From Macrostomum lignano (Eukaryota), in contig NIVC01003802.1 of the NCBI GenBank assembly GCA_002269645.1, forward strand, positions 12,210 to 76,209: 64,000 nt of DNA, read 5' to 3'. How positions within the stretch are numbered: position 1 is the stretch's first letter; every line of letters starts with the position of its first letter. The notes below the pieces were generated by a model, which worked only from the letters and a program-made list of their open reading frames with translations, did not search any database and was not told where the DNA came from. Shown here piece after piece: positions 22,701 to 36,273 of this stretch. The position numbers and the translations under genes were made by a program.

Positions 22701-25700
22701 TTTGAATTTTCAACAATTAAAAAATGATATCGAGAATTTCAACTAGAGGCCTTGATATTCGTTGAAAGACCCGATGAGAGACCCGATGATGGATCCCATG
22801 ATGGACCCGATGATGGAACCAATGAGAGACCCGATGAGAGATCCCATGATGGACCCGATGATGGAACCAATGAGAGACCCGATGAGAGATCCCATGATGG
22901 ACCCGATGATGGAACCAATGAGAGACCCGATGAGAGACCCGATGATGGATCCCATGATGGACCCGATGATGGAACCAATGAGAGACCCGATGAGAGATCC
23001 CATGATGGACCCGATGATGGAACCAATGAGAGACCCGATGAGAGATCCCATGATGGACCCGATGATGGAACCAATGAGAGACCCGATGAGAGACCGATGA
23101 GAGACCCATGAGAGACCGATGAGAGACCCGATGAGAGACCGATGAGAGACCCGATGAGAGACCGATGAGAGACCCGATGAGAGACCCGGTGAGAGACCCG
23201 ATGAGAGACCCGATGAGAGACCGATGAGAGACCGATGAGAGAACCGATGAGAGACCGATGAGAGACCCGATGAGAGACCCGATGAGAGACCGATGAGAGA
23301 CCGATGAGAGAACCGATGAGAGACCCGATGAGAGACCGATGAGAGACCCGATGAGGGACCCGATGAGAGAACCGATGAGAGACCCGATGAGAGACCCGAT
23401 GAGAGACCCGATGAGAGACCGATGAGAGACCCGATGAGAGACCCGATGAGAGACCCGATGAGAGAACCGATGATGCACCCGATGATGGACCCTTGGGAAA
23501 TGGACCCGATTACGAGTATGGACCCGATGAGAGACCCGATGACAGACCCGATGAGGGAAATGATGACAGACCCCAGAAAAATACTAAAAGCCAGCAATTG
23601 GCCTATATACATGAATGGGTTTGGGTCATCGTTATATAAAATTTGTCGGATAAATTTCCACAGTCAATAGAAGGATATTTAGCTCGTAATAAATTTGTTG
23701 CCTTTTCTTGGGTGCTTTTCACTATCTATTCATTCATTCTTCGACTTTTTTACGTATCTATAACAATTTGAAAGTTTTTTTGGACACGAGAAAACTGTAC
23801 AAAACTTTAACAGACGTCAATTGACAGGGATGATGAGGTATCTGAATCAAATTTGAATTATCTTGCAGTATAAAAATTAATAACTCTGTTAACTCTACAT
23901 ACTAAGGTGTAACTATATTCGATGTGCTTCTCTTAATGTACTGTTGTGAAAACTGTCAATCAACCTTCAAATTTTAATTACTGTGCTTCAACTCTAAGAA
24001 AACGTACAACCTACAGGCAAATGCACAGAAAGAACTTTACTTTAACTATTTTACTTGTTAATTGAAGGTTAAATATTTGGTTCATCATTAAAACAAAAAC
24101 TTCACACTCAACAGCGTACGAGACAGGCTGAGGCATCGACCAATGCAAAACTGGTATAAAGTCAATTTACAATTTTATGCTATGTCTACCTGTAAGCTTT
24201 TGTTGTAGTTGTTTGGACGTTTTTTGTTATACCGCGATGACCTTTTGTGACGATCAACTAAAATGTAACCGGCTTTTGACTGGCTCTGCTGCAATGTATT
24301 GATACTAAAATAACTAAATTGATTCTTTATTTAGCCCATCCTAACTATTTGAATCCGTGAGCAGAACAAGGTCCAATGTTCAGCAGTTGAAAAAAATACA
24401 AGCAATACAAAATACAGTCCAGTTTAGACCTAAAATACCGTTTTATAAAGTTTTTGTTGTTGTTTGTATGATTAACAATTATTGTTGCTTACGAATCCCT
24501 TGAGTTGTAAACTTTAATGCGTTCGACTTGTGCCCCCGCTTTGCTGATAGGCAAAGTACTTGCAGTTTATCACATATTTTTAATTCTATAGTTTTTTGTT
24601 CACGCAGTCGCTTTGTACAATGTTGAACTGCTGCTTTTTAAAGCTTACAAAGCCTACTCTCCTTACCTTGTCGTTTTAGAAGAATGAAGACGAGTCGGAG
24701 AGTCTTGCGTTGAAGCCGCAGGTAAGCTGAGTCGATGTCTTCTGTTTTGGTTGAACCCGATTTCACTGCTTGATGTCTTTTGTTTCCTCAAAAGTCGATA
24801 CGATGCACTTATAATCCATCGTTAATTGACTTGATCTGAACGTGAATTATATTCTTTACCGATTTTCCTTTAAAGTTTTTCCTAGATGTTACTTTATGTA
24901 ATAGCTGTCGTTAATTTACTGATATACAGGCATATGGCAGAGAGACACTAAGATAATAAAGCAGAGCGACCGACAGACTTAAAGACACACAGACAGACAG
25001 ACACTTTAAGATAATAAGACAGAGAGACCGACAGATCCAAACCTAAGACGAGGGCCGTAGTACAGTGGTCCAGCGCGGCGCTCTGGTGTGCCAGCAGCCC
25101 AGGTTCGATTCCAAGTGCAGTCACATTAATTTGAGGCTAAATTGGAATCTTGGCTTGGCTCTTCTCGTGCAATTAATAGCCTTGAGAGCCAACCCCCCAA
25201 GGCACAGTGAGGTGTACATGCCTAACGATTAATCAAGTTAGGGCCGCTGTACACTCCTGTGTGAGTGTGTGCCTGTGCGTATGACTGCGTACGTATCCGC
25301 GCGCTTGTGTGCCTGCTCAGGGGAGTCGGCAGAATGGGCAGCAATGCCTCTCGCCGGTTATGTGACAATGTCGCTTAAAGTGCACCTGAGTGCACACAGC
25401 CCCTGTCTCTAATCGAAAAGATTCAAAGACAGACAGACAGACATAAGACACGTAGACAGAAAGACAAGACCGATAGATACAATATATGTGAATGGATGTA
25501 TAACGCATAACGCATAACGCATATATACATCAACATGTTGCCTGATTACAATGCCCGATGACCTGCTACTACATGTAAAAAGCTTCTTTGCTAGCTTCTC
25601 TTCCACACTATCCATAATATTCAATTACCTTTGCAAACATCTACTGTTCCATTTGCCAGTATTTAGCAGTTTTGGAATCGAACGCCGAATACGATTCCGA

Positions 25701-28700
25701 TAGCGATGTAAGTGCTCCGATCCCAGTGTAGCGAATTTTTAATAACTCTTTGAGGTCATTCATGCGCTATTTCGAGCCGTAGTGATGCTCATCCTCCGGC
25801 TTCTATGTTTCGTGTGTATTCGAAACATGGAAGTAAAGTAAACAAAAATTCGCCTGACGCATGGTAACTGCAGTAATACATAATCACACTGCCTCGAGCA
25901 ACTTTGTTTAAATATGCTTATCTTAAATTTGCGGTATTGAAATGAATAAACTATCTATTGTCTTGATATTGCATGGTATCTCTCAACATGATAACACTAA
26001 CGGCTATGGCTACTTTTAGGATATTGCACTCTTAGTTGCAAAGGAACGCGTTAAAAATTAGTGGAAAAGTTTAACAGCATTATGATTAGGTGCACGATAA
26101 AATCCAAAAAATGGTGCTTTTCATGATCAAAAACTGATTTTGCTGTTTAAGCTTCGGTGTCAGCCTTTGATAAAGTCGGTAATAAAGTTAATGCACGGAT
26201 CATTTTTAAGTTAATGTGAAACTTTGCCAAACTGTTGCTGTATCTAGCTGGGCCCTACTTTTCATCGTAGGACGAACGGGACGCGGTCTACATCCTGCTG
26301 AGACATGGAGCCGATTTTACTCAAAAAGATTTCTACGGTTGCACACCTTTGCACTACGCCGCTATGAAGGGCAACCTCGTGGCCAGCAGGTGCCTACTGC
26401 ACTTTGAGTCGATGCGACAGAAAGGACGAGTGATCAGCGCCGACAGGGTGGAATGCGTCTACAGCACTCGAGTGCCCATCTGGAGGGTGAGCGCGTTTCA
26501 AATGCGACCAAATCTTCCCATAGTTTTTTTCCGGAGTTTCCCCCAGGAACTGTAAAAATTACCTAGCACACTGAGTACAATGACAAAATCTTAGTTGACT
26601 ATAAGATCTCATCGACCTTTTCCACGGCGTCAAATAAAGCGACGATGAAATCGAACCCGGGGGTAAAGCTTCGGACTGCATTCGGGTCCCTCTCTCGGGC
26701 TCCCTCCCTGGCTTCTGGTCGACAGTTCTAAGTAGCGGTTTGGTCGGGTCGGTTGTTAACATCTCAAAATGCCCAAAAGTGAATTATACTTTCGTTTTTA
26801 CTGCTTGTCAAACAGGTTTTTTCTACTTAGCTTGGACCACACCTGTGACCTTGGACGTCACACGTTTAATGCTTTAGAACGTAGATATTATTGTACGAAC
26901 CACATCCTAATCTTGATAATATTTTGCAGGCAATCTCCTATAGACTTTTTCTCATATGTGACTTGAACTTTTATATTTCCCTCGCGTCACAGATAACCGA
27001 CAACGAAGACATGACAGCTCTTCATTTAGCCTGCGCACACAGCGAAGTTCTCATTGTGAAGATGCTCCTCGAGATGGAGACGAACGACAAAGACTACCTA
27101 GACATGGTGGAGAACAGCGGCTGCACCGCTCTTCACCTGGCCAGTGCCGAAGGTAACGAAGAAATCTGCAGCTACTTGCTGCACTCCGCCGAGCTCGAAG
27201 GCGAAGGCTTCCTGAAGCGGTACATCAACCGCAAGGATATGGAAAACAACACCTGTCTGCACAGCGCGGTGCAGAATGAATGCATCGACGTTGCGGAGGT
27301 CCTGCTCAAGAAGGGTAAGCATTGAAAAAGCAAAACCTCTACTGTTCAGCATAAAATCGAAAAATGAAATCTCATCACTACAAAAATGACATTCAGGTGC
27401 CTTCGTGAACGCTTGCAACACGGGTCATGAGACGCCGCTGCATCTCGCTGCTCGCACTGGCAGCACGGCCATGGTTGAGCTGCTCATCCGTCACGGCGCC
27501 AGCCTAAACGCTTTGGACACCGATCGACAGACGGCGTTGCACAAGGCGGCGAACTTCAATCAGAATGACCTGCTGAAGTACCTGCTGGAAATTGACAGCT
27601 CCGTGATCGACGCCAAAGACAGGGAGGAGAACACACCCCTCCTTCTGGCCAGCTGCCAGCAGGACGATCCCGGATGCGTCCAGATTCTGCTGGAGAAAGG
27701 AGCCAATCCGCTGTGCACGGACGGCCAGGATCGATCCGCCCTGTACCTGGCAGCCCAGTGGCACAACACCAAAGTGCTTAAAGCTCTATTGGACAATCCG
27801 GTGGTCACTGAGAATCGCGTCATTGACGAAGCGGATGTCAACAACAATACGCCGTTGCATGTTGCCTGCGAGAATGGTATGCCGCTGCAATTGCCTTACT
27901 ATGCTTCATTTTATTTAACGCCATCGACCTGCTAATAAGATAGTTGTTTAACACTTTATGTACTTTTGGATTGACTAAGTAGCCATTAATGAATCAATGC
28001 GCAATGCGAGCTACATTGATAGGAGCTTTATACGAGTGTATATTGTCTTCGTATCTTTCTTCACTAGCACAATCAATTAGAGAACCTGAAACCGATGGAG
28101 GTCCATTCCCTTCTTCATGGTTAATTTGAAAGCAGCTTGCTCCATACGTGATGATCGAAGCACTGTTTTTAGAAATTAGTGTTTGATTGGTTTGTTTTTT
28201 TACAGTCAACAATCGCTCTAGTATTTGAGCTTTGCGCCCAATAGTTGAAAAGCTACGAGTGTTACTAAACAATCGCAGGCTATCTTGACGTAGTCGAGCT
28301 GTTACTGCGCTACAAGGCCAAATACGATGACAAAAACGAGGACGAAGAGACGCCAATTCATCTGGCCGCCAAAGCCGGCCACGTGCCCATCGTCCGTCAC
28401 CTGCTACGCCTCAGCCGCAACCTGGCGCACGACGAGGACGAAGATTCGAACACGCCGCTGCACCTGGCGGCACTGGCTGGCCACTCCAAGATCTGCCAAG
28501 TGCTCATCGAAGAGGGCAAAGCCGACGTTGAGGCCAGGAACTCGCGCGGCTGGACTGCGATGGACTGCGCCGCGTCCAAGGGCTTCACCAAGGTGGCCCA
28601 GGTGCTGTTGGAGAACGACTCGCCAATCGATCCGGCGGACAAGTCGAACGTCACCCCGCTTTTCCTCGCCTGTCAGGGTGGGCACCAGGAGATGGTTGAG

Positions 28701-31700
28701 CTGCTGCTGAAAATCGGTGCCAGGGTGAGGCTCTCTACGCATTGGATGCCAACTTTAGGTCTAGCAAATAAGACTTCTTCCCAGGCCGTCTGCAGTCATC
28801 AGAGTGTAAAAAACAAATATACGACACATTCATTGCTAGCAGATATACGAGCGTAATAGCCATTCACCTAGCTCATAGCCATGATTCTCTTTCATTTTAT
28901 ATCAATATTCCAGAACAAACACCAACTTTAGAATCTTAAATTCGTCTTTATTCTTCATTAACAAAATAAAGTCAAAACTAAACCACCAGGTGGACAACCG
29001 CATCAAGTACTCCAACATCAACAGTCCGCTGCACAACTGCAACTGCTTGGACGCCGCGATCGATCACGGGCACAAGAAGGTCGCCCTGACGCTGATCAAC
29101 TCCAACCAATGGAAGGAGGCTCTGCGCAACGAGACAATCGGCGAGAAGGGCGAGAAGGACACGCCGCTCAGGAAGCTCATCCGCAAGATGCCAGCAGTGG
29201 CCGAGAAGGTCTTTAACCGCTGCGTTGAGAACAACAAGCAGCGCCGACCGCCGGACGACCCTAACTACAAAGTTGTGTTCTACTACGAGTTCCTGGACGA
29301 CATGTACAGCACCTGGGCTCCGCTGCGCAGCAAAGATGCCGCAGCTCTCGGATTTGACCAGATGGAAGGGGGCAGCAACGGCGGAGGCAGTGTCGGTAGT
29401 GGCGGCGGTGGAGGCTCCGACAGCGCCTCAACGGTCGGCGATGCACTGAGTCAGAATATAGACATCTACGACACAGAGGGCTACCTGCGCAAGGATCTGA
29501 AGTTTCGTTCGGTTAAAGGCTCGTTGAAGAAGAACCATCCACTGATGCTGATGGTCAAGTGAGAAACATAGAGAAGTCTTGCAAGCTTTCAGTGACCATA
29601 TATTTAGTGACCACATCGTATTTTTCTTTTGTAATCAACAGGAAGAAGCGCGAGACTCTGTTGAAGCACCCGCTAGTATCGGCTCTGCTGCGTCACAAGT
29701 GGACCTCCTACGGTCGCTGGGTGTACTACATCAACCTGTCACTGTACGCCATCTTTCTCGCCGCTTTCACCGCCTACATGCTGGTGCTGAAGCCGACTTA
29801 CATGTACTACGGACCGTTCTATTCGGCCTACAACGTCAGTCCGTGGAGCGGGAACGAATGCGACCAGGTGTTGAAGGCAATGTCCAGCTGTTCGAAGCCA
29901 GCAGTGGCTTTTGTGGCTATGTGGCTTGTGATCGGATTGGGAGGCTTGTTTCTGCTCAAAGAGGTTCGTACACCAATGGTAGACCAAGGACCAAATCTAG
30001 GATTCGAGTTTCCGTATGAATTTTAGCATTGAATCGAAATTAACAATTAAAACATTAAACAGGTGAGCCAGGTATTTATAAGCCGGCTGAAGTACATAAA
30101 CATGGAGAATCTGATGGACTGGAGCATCTTCAGTTTGGCCATTGTCACGGTGATTGATCTGAGCGATTGTCAGAGGACCTGCGGCGTTCGAACTGTAAGT
30201 TACAGCATGCATACACTGAACATAGTTTTTGAGTGGTGTTATTGAAATTGGACAATATAGAGTTACCAAGTTCACCAGAAAGGAGTTTTCCTCTTTCCAA
30301 ATAGAGTCAAAGAACGTGAAACTCGGTCTAAGTCTTCCCGTTAAGTATTAGAACAAAATTCCAAATTAGATTGTTGAACGTTACGAAGGCTATTCACACA
30401 CATGATTAAAAAAGTCGCTAATCAGGCTCAGCCGATGCAAATATTTAAACGCTTGGTATTTTTGCCACCTCTTTATTACACCTGCCCTAATACCGTAATG
30501 GGCAGATGTGCAACCGTGCAACGACCAGCTCAGTCATATCTGAAGGCTGCGTACGGCTGTTCAGTCCAAGGACTGGGAGGGGGGGTCGCCATACCCTCAA
30601 TTATCCCAGCTAATGCTGGCACCCATTTTACAGCTGGGTGAACTGAAGCAATGCAGAGTTAAGCAGCTCAGGGACAGATTTTCCGAGTGGGTCGAGAATC
30701 GAACCCTCAACTTTGAGTCGTGAGAGTCCGACGCTCTAACTGCGAGTACTAGGCTACAACCTGATATGCCACCTTGAAAAGGTTGAAACGGGTGGAAAAA
30801 GCAGACGCGCGCTCTTGGCTTGATTTTTTTTGGTTACAAAAAACTTTAAATGTAACTCTATACTAAACATATTAGTATTTAGTGGAAAAATGTGCAGTTT
30901 TCCTATCAAACATTAAAATCTTTTCTACTTCTGCAGGACTGGCAATGGAACACGGGAGCCCTGGGCATCCTGATTGCTTGGCTCAACCTGGTCCTGTACA
31001 TCCGCAAGATGCCTCGCTTCGGCATCTACGTTGTCATGTTCACGGACATCTTCTTTACCTTTTCTCGATTCTTTTTGGTCTTTTTCCTGTTCATATTATC
31101 GTTCAGCATTGCATTCTACCTGCTGATGCAGAACCAGATTGGGTTCGACAATTTGGGGAAGACAATTCTCAAGACCACCGTCATGATGATCGGCGAATTC
31201 GAGTACGCGGACACGTTCGACAACCAGTACGAGCCTGACAACAAGCTGAACGCGAGCCAGCAAATATTTTACAATGCCGCTACTTACGCCGTGTTTGTTT
31301 TTTTCCTGGCCATCATGAGCATCATCATCATGAACCTGCTGGTCGGTCTCGCAGTCGACGACATCAAAGCGGTGCAGGAGCAGGCTTCGCTTAACCGGAT
31401 GGCAATGCAGGTGAGCGATCGTTAGTATTCGGTGAAGATTTAAAATGTGCATCAAATACAGTAGCAAGTAGCGACGTCAAACCGTACATTACAAAAGTGC
31501 TCACACACAAAGATTTGCACAGGCCTGTAAAGTGCAAACCAAGAAATTGCACGTGAGCATTTTCTTGCGAGGATTTTATTCCTCTAGAGCAAATGCGAGC
31601 TACTCCGAGGCAGGGGGGGGGGCGAAGCCCAGTGGTCTGGGGCGGCGCTCTGATGCGCCAGCGGCCCAGGCTCGATTCCAAGTGCAGTCGCAATAATCTG

Positions 31701-33050
31701 GAGCTAAATTGGAGTCTCGGCTTCGCTCTGCTCGTGCAATTAAACGCTCTTGAAGGTCAACCCCCAAGGCACAGTGAAGTGTACATGCCTAACGATCAAT
31801 CAAGTTAGGGCCGCTGTACACTCTTGTGTGAGTGTGTGCCTGTGTGTATGACTGCGTACGTATCCGCGCGCTTGTGTGCCTGCTCAGGGGAGTCGGCGGA
31901 ATGGGCAGTAATGCCTCTCGCCGGTTGTGTGACAATGTCGCCTCAAGTGCACCAGGGTGCCCACAACCCTTTGCTTCTACAAATAATAGCTCTCCAAGGC
32001 TGAGCAGATACTCCGATCAGTAAGAACCACTGCCTCTACCATAGAAATGACAGCTGCTCGGAAAATTCTGATTGTATGAAATATGAAATATGAAAAAACT
32101 GATTTCGTGGAAAGATGAGCAGTATGATTTGTAACGTACGTAAATTGCAAAGCATAACGGCAGAGAAAATTTATATAGAAAATAATTTTCAAGTGACTAA
32201 AAGAGCATCCATGCCAATAACAGGTCGAGTTGGCCCTTGATGTGGAAGCTATCCTACCGATGGTGCTGACCAGGAAGTTCGTCATCAAATCCGAAATATA
32301 TTATCCAAATCCGGATCGAAGCAAGAAAACCTACTTCATATCCAAGATGTTCGACAATATTTGGATCACACGAGACCAGCTTAACAGAGCTCTCGATCCC
32401 GAGCTGGATCAATGGGATAAAATCTACAAGAAACAGGAAGACACCGACGTCTCCATGGTGACGGTGAAAACCAAGCTGAAAGAGTTGAAGTCAAAAACTG
32501 TGAAGATCGAAGCTATGCTAGGGGTAAGTTTGGGAATGTTCTTTCACAAAACTAAGGGTATAGTCTAAGCTTCCGCCACCCAAAAAACACACACAAGTCA
32601 CCCACCCCTCAGCACCCGCTTCCCATTGAAGTCACCTACCCCTCAGCACCCACTGCCCATAGAAGTCACCCACCCAGCCCACAGCACCCACTGCCCATAG
32701 AAGTCACCCACCCCACAGCACCCACTGCCCATAGAAGTCACCCACACAGCCCACAGCACCCACTGCCCATAGAAGTCAATCACCCCACAGCACCCACTCC
32801 CTATAGAAGTCACCCACCCAACAGCACCAATGCCCATAGAAATTGCCCAACTAGAAAGCTTTATCTATGGAAATAATTTACGCATGTAATCTCCAAGAAA
32901 TTCCAATCCCAACAAACTCCGACCTTTATGCAGGCGATAATGCGCAAGCTCCAGATAGACCAGGACGAGTCCTCTCTAAACTACGTGGACGCTGAGGATA
33001 ATTGCACGGATGAACACGTCCCCGATGTCGGGGATGAGATCGCAACCTAA
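19707..33050 (+). CDS. TRPA1: TRPA1-family ankyrin-repeat cation channel, ~1360 aa, ~14 exons
   Basis: Phase-compatible GT-AG exons: 19707-20048, 20540-20821, 24680-24721 (microexon), 25660-25707 (microexon), 26271-26486, 26993-27314, 27397-27876, 28279-28724, 28990-29558, 29642-29963, 30063-30194, 30937-31410, 32224-32523, 32934-33050. Many TPLHxAA ankyrin repeats, LLKHPLVSALLRHKW pre-S1, WLNLVLYIRKMPRFGIYVVMF (S4-S5), MMIGEFEY pore and MNLLVGLAVDDI S6. The microexons are less certain. Confidence 0.93.
21013..21400. repeat. Minisatellite with 26-bp (CTAGAGTTACCACTGCACTGTCTACC) and 21-bp variant units, TRPA1 intron 2
   Basis: Direct reading. Confidence 0.95.
21714..21727. promoter_or_regulatory. 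Second RFX X-box, TRPA1 intron 2
   Basis: GTTTCCATAGCAAC matches the X-box consensus. Confidence 0.55.
22762..23580 (+). repeat. 12-bp minisatellite (ATGAGAGACCCG and variants) with higher-order structure, reading (M-R/M-D/E-P)n
   Basis: Units ATG-AGA/ATG-GAC/GAT/GAA-CCG/CCC/CCA; the central part contains 11-bp units. Confidence 0.95.
25052..25412 (+). mobile_element. tRNA-derived SINE family A, copy 2, sitting in an (ACAG)-rich tract
   Basis: GGGCCGTAGTACAGTGGTCC...GGTTCGATTCC head; body near-identical to 31612-31985. Confidence 0.9.
30490..30761 (-). mobile_element. tRNA-derived SINE family B (CORE-like)
   Basis: Reverse complement of 52950-53225; contains CTTCAGTTCACCCAGCTGTAAAATGGG, resembling the CORE domain. 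Confidence 0.85.
31612..31985 (+). mobile_element. tRNA-derived SINE family A, copy 3
   Basis: Same head, body and tail as 25052-25412. Confidence 0.9.
32582..32845. repeat. ~33-38-bp minisatellite (CAGCACCCACTGCCCATAGAAGTCACCCAC...), last TRPA1 intron
   Basis: Direct reading. Confidence 0.9.
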
Positions 33051-33516
33051 AGACTAAGCTTTGTTATGACAATGGTTATTTTGTGAAACATATTTTAACC
33101 AACTGTATAACTTTGGATGCATATTGACTTGACAACACTTATAAACAGATATATACATATATTTTGCCACTACTACAACACAACACATGTGAAAGTTTAA
33201 CAAAACAGTCAATGCCAATGACTAATCAATATTTATTCGGAATTCTATTATCTCTTTTTGCTATCCTATTTAGATTTAATCCTCTCTGTTTGGTGTAATT
33301 TTGATTTCATTAAGAATTATCGCTGTTAATTAGTCTGGTAACCAACTGCCCCTACATGCAATTGTTCCCCCCTCTGTATGATTACTTTACCCAAATATTT
33401 AATTTAACATCATTCTGGAAATAAAAAAAAGAAAAATATTTTTGCTTTTCTACTTAAAGTAATCAATAAGTGTTTGAATTGCATTGAATTCTGTCCAGTT
33501 GAAAATCGAATCAAAC

Positions 33517-34360
33517 TGCCACAAACTGCCCCAGAGAGCCACAAAACAGTGCCCCAGAGTGTCACTAATCACCCCCAGAGGGTCACTAACCAGTGCCCCA
33601 GAGTGTCACTAATCACCCCTAGAGAGTCACTAATCAGTGCCCCAGAGAGCCACAAAACAGTGCATCACCCCAGAGAGCCACAAAACAGTGCCCTAGAGAG
33701 CCACAAAACAGTGCATCACCCTAGAGAGCCACAAAACAGTGCATCACTCTAGAGAGCCACAAAACAGTGCATCACTCTAGAGAGCCACAAAACAGTGCAT
33801 CACTCTAGAGAGCCACAAAACAGTGCCCTAGAGAGCCACAAAACAGTGCCCTAGAGAGCCACAAAACAGTGCATCACCCTAGAGAGCCACAAAACAGTGC
33901 ATCACCCTAGAGAGCCACAAAACAGTGCATCACCCTAGAGAGCCACAAAACAGTGCATCACCCTAGAGAGCCACAAAACAGTGCATCACTCTAGAGAGCC
34001 ACAAAACAGTGCATCACTCTAGAGAGCCACAAAACAGTGCCCTAGAGAGCCACAAAACAGTGCCCTAGAGAGCCACAAAACAGTGCATCACCCTAGAGAG
34101 CCACAAAACAGTGCATCACCCTAGAGAGCCACAAAACAGTGCATCACCCTAGAGAGCCACAAAACAGTGCATCACCCTAGAGAGCCACAAAACAGTGCCC
34201 CAGAGAGCCACAAAACAGTGCATCACCCTAGAGAGCCACAAAACAGTGCCCCAGAGAGCCACAAAACAGTGCCCCAGAGAGCCACAAAACAGTGCCCCAG
34301 AGAGCCACAAAACAGTGCATCACCCTAGAGAGCCACAAAACAGTGCATCACCCTAGAGAC
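33517..34360. repeat. Minisatellite of mixed 28-bp (CTAGAGAGCCACAAAACAGTGCATCACC) and 23-bp units
   Basis: Direct reading. Confidence 0.96.
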
Positions 34361-36273
34361 AGAACAACATTTTGTAATTAACTCTCGTATTATATTGAAT
34401 CTTTAACGACAATATTATTCAGTCTGCAGATGTAACCCCATCGTGATATAAGCAAGGCATATACAATATATAATAAAACTGTCCAAGTGCATTAGAGGTC
34501 ATAAAAAACTTCACGACACATACCATACGGTCGTATCTCTTAGCTAGAAACTGCATATGATACTAGCGGGTCCCTTGGAGCAAAAACCATGAACCAGAAA
34601 AAAATGAACTGATAAAGACACTGCCGCACGCTCAGCATAAAACGGCATTTGGCTGCATATAATGGCCAGGTGTTTCCCAGAGTTCTGTAGGACTTGAACC
34701 CGCAGCAATGCGCGTATAAAGTTCAGAGTGCGCGGTCGCAGTTCAAACACACGCACACACAATGCAACAGGGTAAAGTGCTTTGCCCTCTTCGCTGCTTG
34801 CTTCTAAAAAAGTGGCGCCACGCACATACGTACTAGCTACACACTGGGTGCGGTAGCGTACAAAGTGCGAAGCCCGCTGCTGCTAGCACGGCCATTGGCC
34901 AAATGGCATTCAGAATCAACTTTATACAAATTTACCCTCTCTCTCAGTTGCCAAGGCATCTAAAAATAAATGCACAAGTGAATAACGCCTGCCCCCTGGC
35001 CGTATTGAGAAGAAAAAGTCTTAAGCGTCTCTTCATAAAAAACGGTCGAGCAATTTCTGTGGTTGCATTCAAGCTCTTTATCAGCAGGAGAGGGGCTGCT
35101 GGACGCGAACTTAGGTCTTTTGTACAACTAAGATAAGACTAATCATGCGATTTCTTGCAGTTCGGCGCAAGTGCGACGACAACTCTCCTGACACGATTCC
35201 GCAGCCGACGCAATCTTTATAGAGAATTTAATAAAGTCCGACTGAAAAAGGCAGTTATATATTTATGTTTAGAATAAAATTATAACTGATATTTAGCGTG
35301 GTTATTTCAACTTCTAAGTTTATATTTCAAAAAAACTTCAGGCATTTGAAGGGAGATTTTAATAACATACAAATATTATATGATTACTATTATTATCTTT
35401 ACGCGACCAAACTGGCAGTGCACACGTGATGACTTCGGTAAAAAAATCAAATTCAGTGTCATTTTTATACTCGAGTTTTGGCGCCACAGAACCTGCATAC
35501 GCGTGTGTTGGAAAAATTAACTTGGTAAAAAAAGAATGATTTTTTATAGAGAAAAAAATTAAATTTAAGAAGTTATACACTATAACTGGTTTGGTTGAGC
35601 ACAGCACAGAATGAGTAATCTCTATTGAAACTTCATCAAGTTCTTTATTATTTTTAGTTCGTAAAAAACTAAAACAAACAACATTTAAAGAGAAATAGCT
35701 TCAAATAAAAAATGCGGCCTCCGTAACATTGGGTGGCGTTTAAACAAAACGTCCGCAAAAAAAAGCGCTGGAGCAGGTATTTGAATTTAAGAAACTTAAT
35801 ATAGATAAACAAAAGAAATTAAAGAAGACTGAAGCGGTGCAAACTAATTAATAAAATATTGTTACTATCGATAGAGACCTTTCAAACATCGTTAGAAAAT
35901 ATAACAAAATAGTCTATTTCACTAGGAAATAATATTGTAATTTGTTAATTTGCGCAAGCATTTTCAATTGCCAAGTTGTCTGTCCTCTTTAATTAGCTGG
36001 TAATAATCTTGTTACCAGCCTGACGGACAGACAACATGCAATTCAGAACAGAAAAGATCGGTGTTAGGAACAGAGAGGAAAGTAAGATTACTGAGTTGTT
36101 AAAATTCAAACAGAAAATAACAGCAATAGCAATAATATAAATAATAAAAGACCGCTTTACAAAAATCAAATGAACAATTCTCAGTTCTTAGAAAATTTAT
36201 TAATTGCCAAAAACATTTTATCCCAGTTTTTTTCGCTAAACCCAGCATAATTCCTGCACTCGAGTATTTGACT

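Noticed and set aside
33517-34360. Regular arrays considered as CRISPR-like repeats (also 48240-49150)
   Set aside because: There are no unique spacers, the context is eukaryotic, and no cas genes are present.
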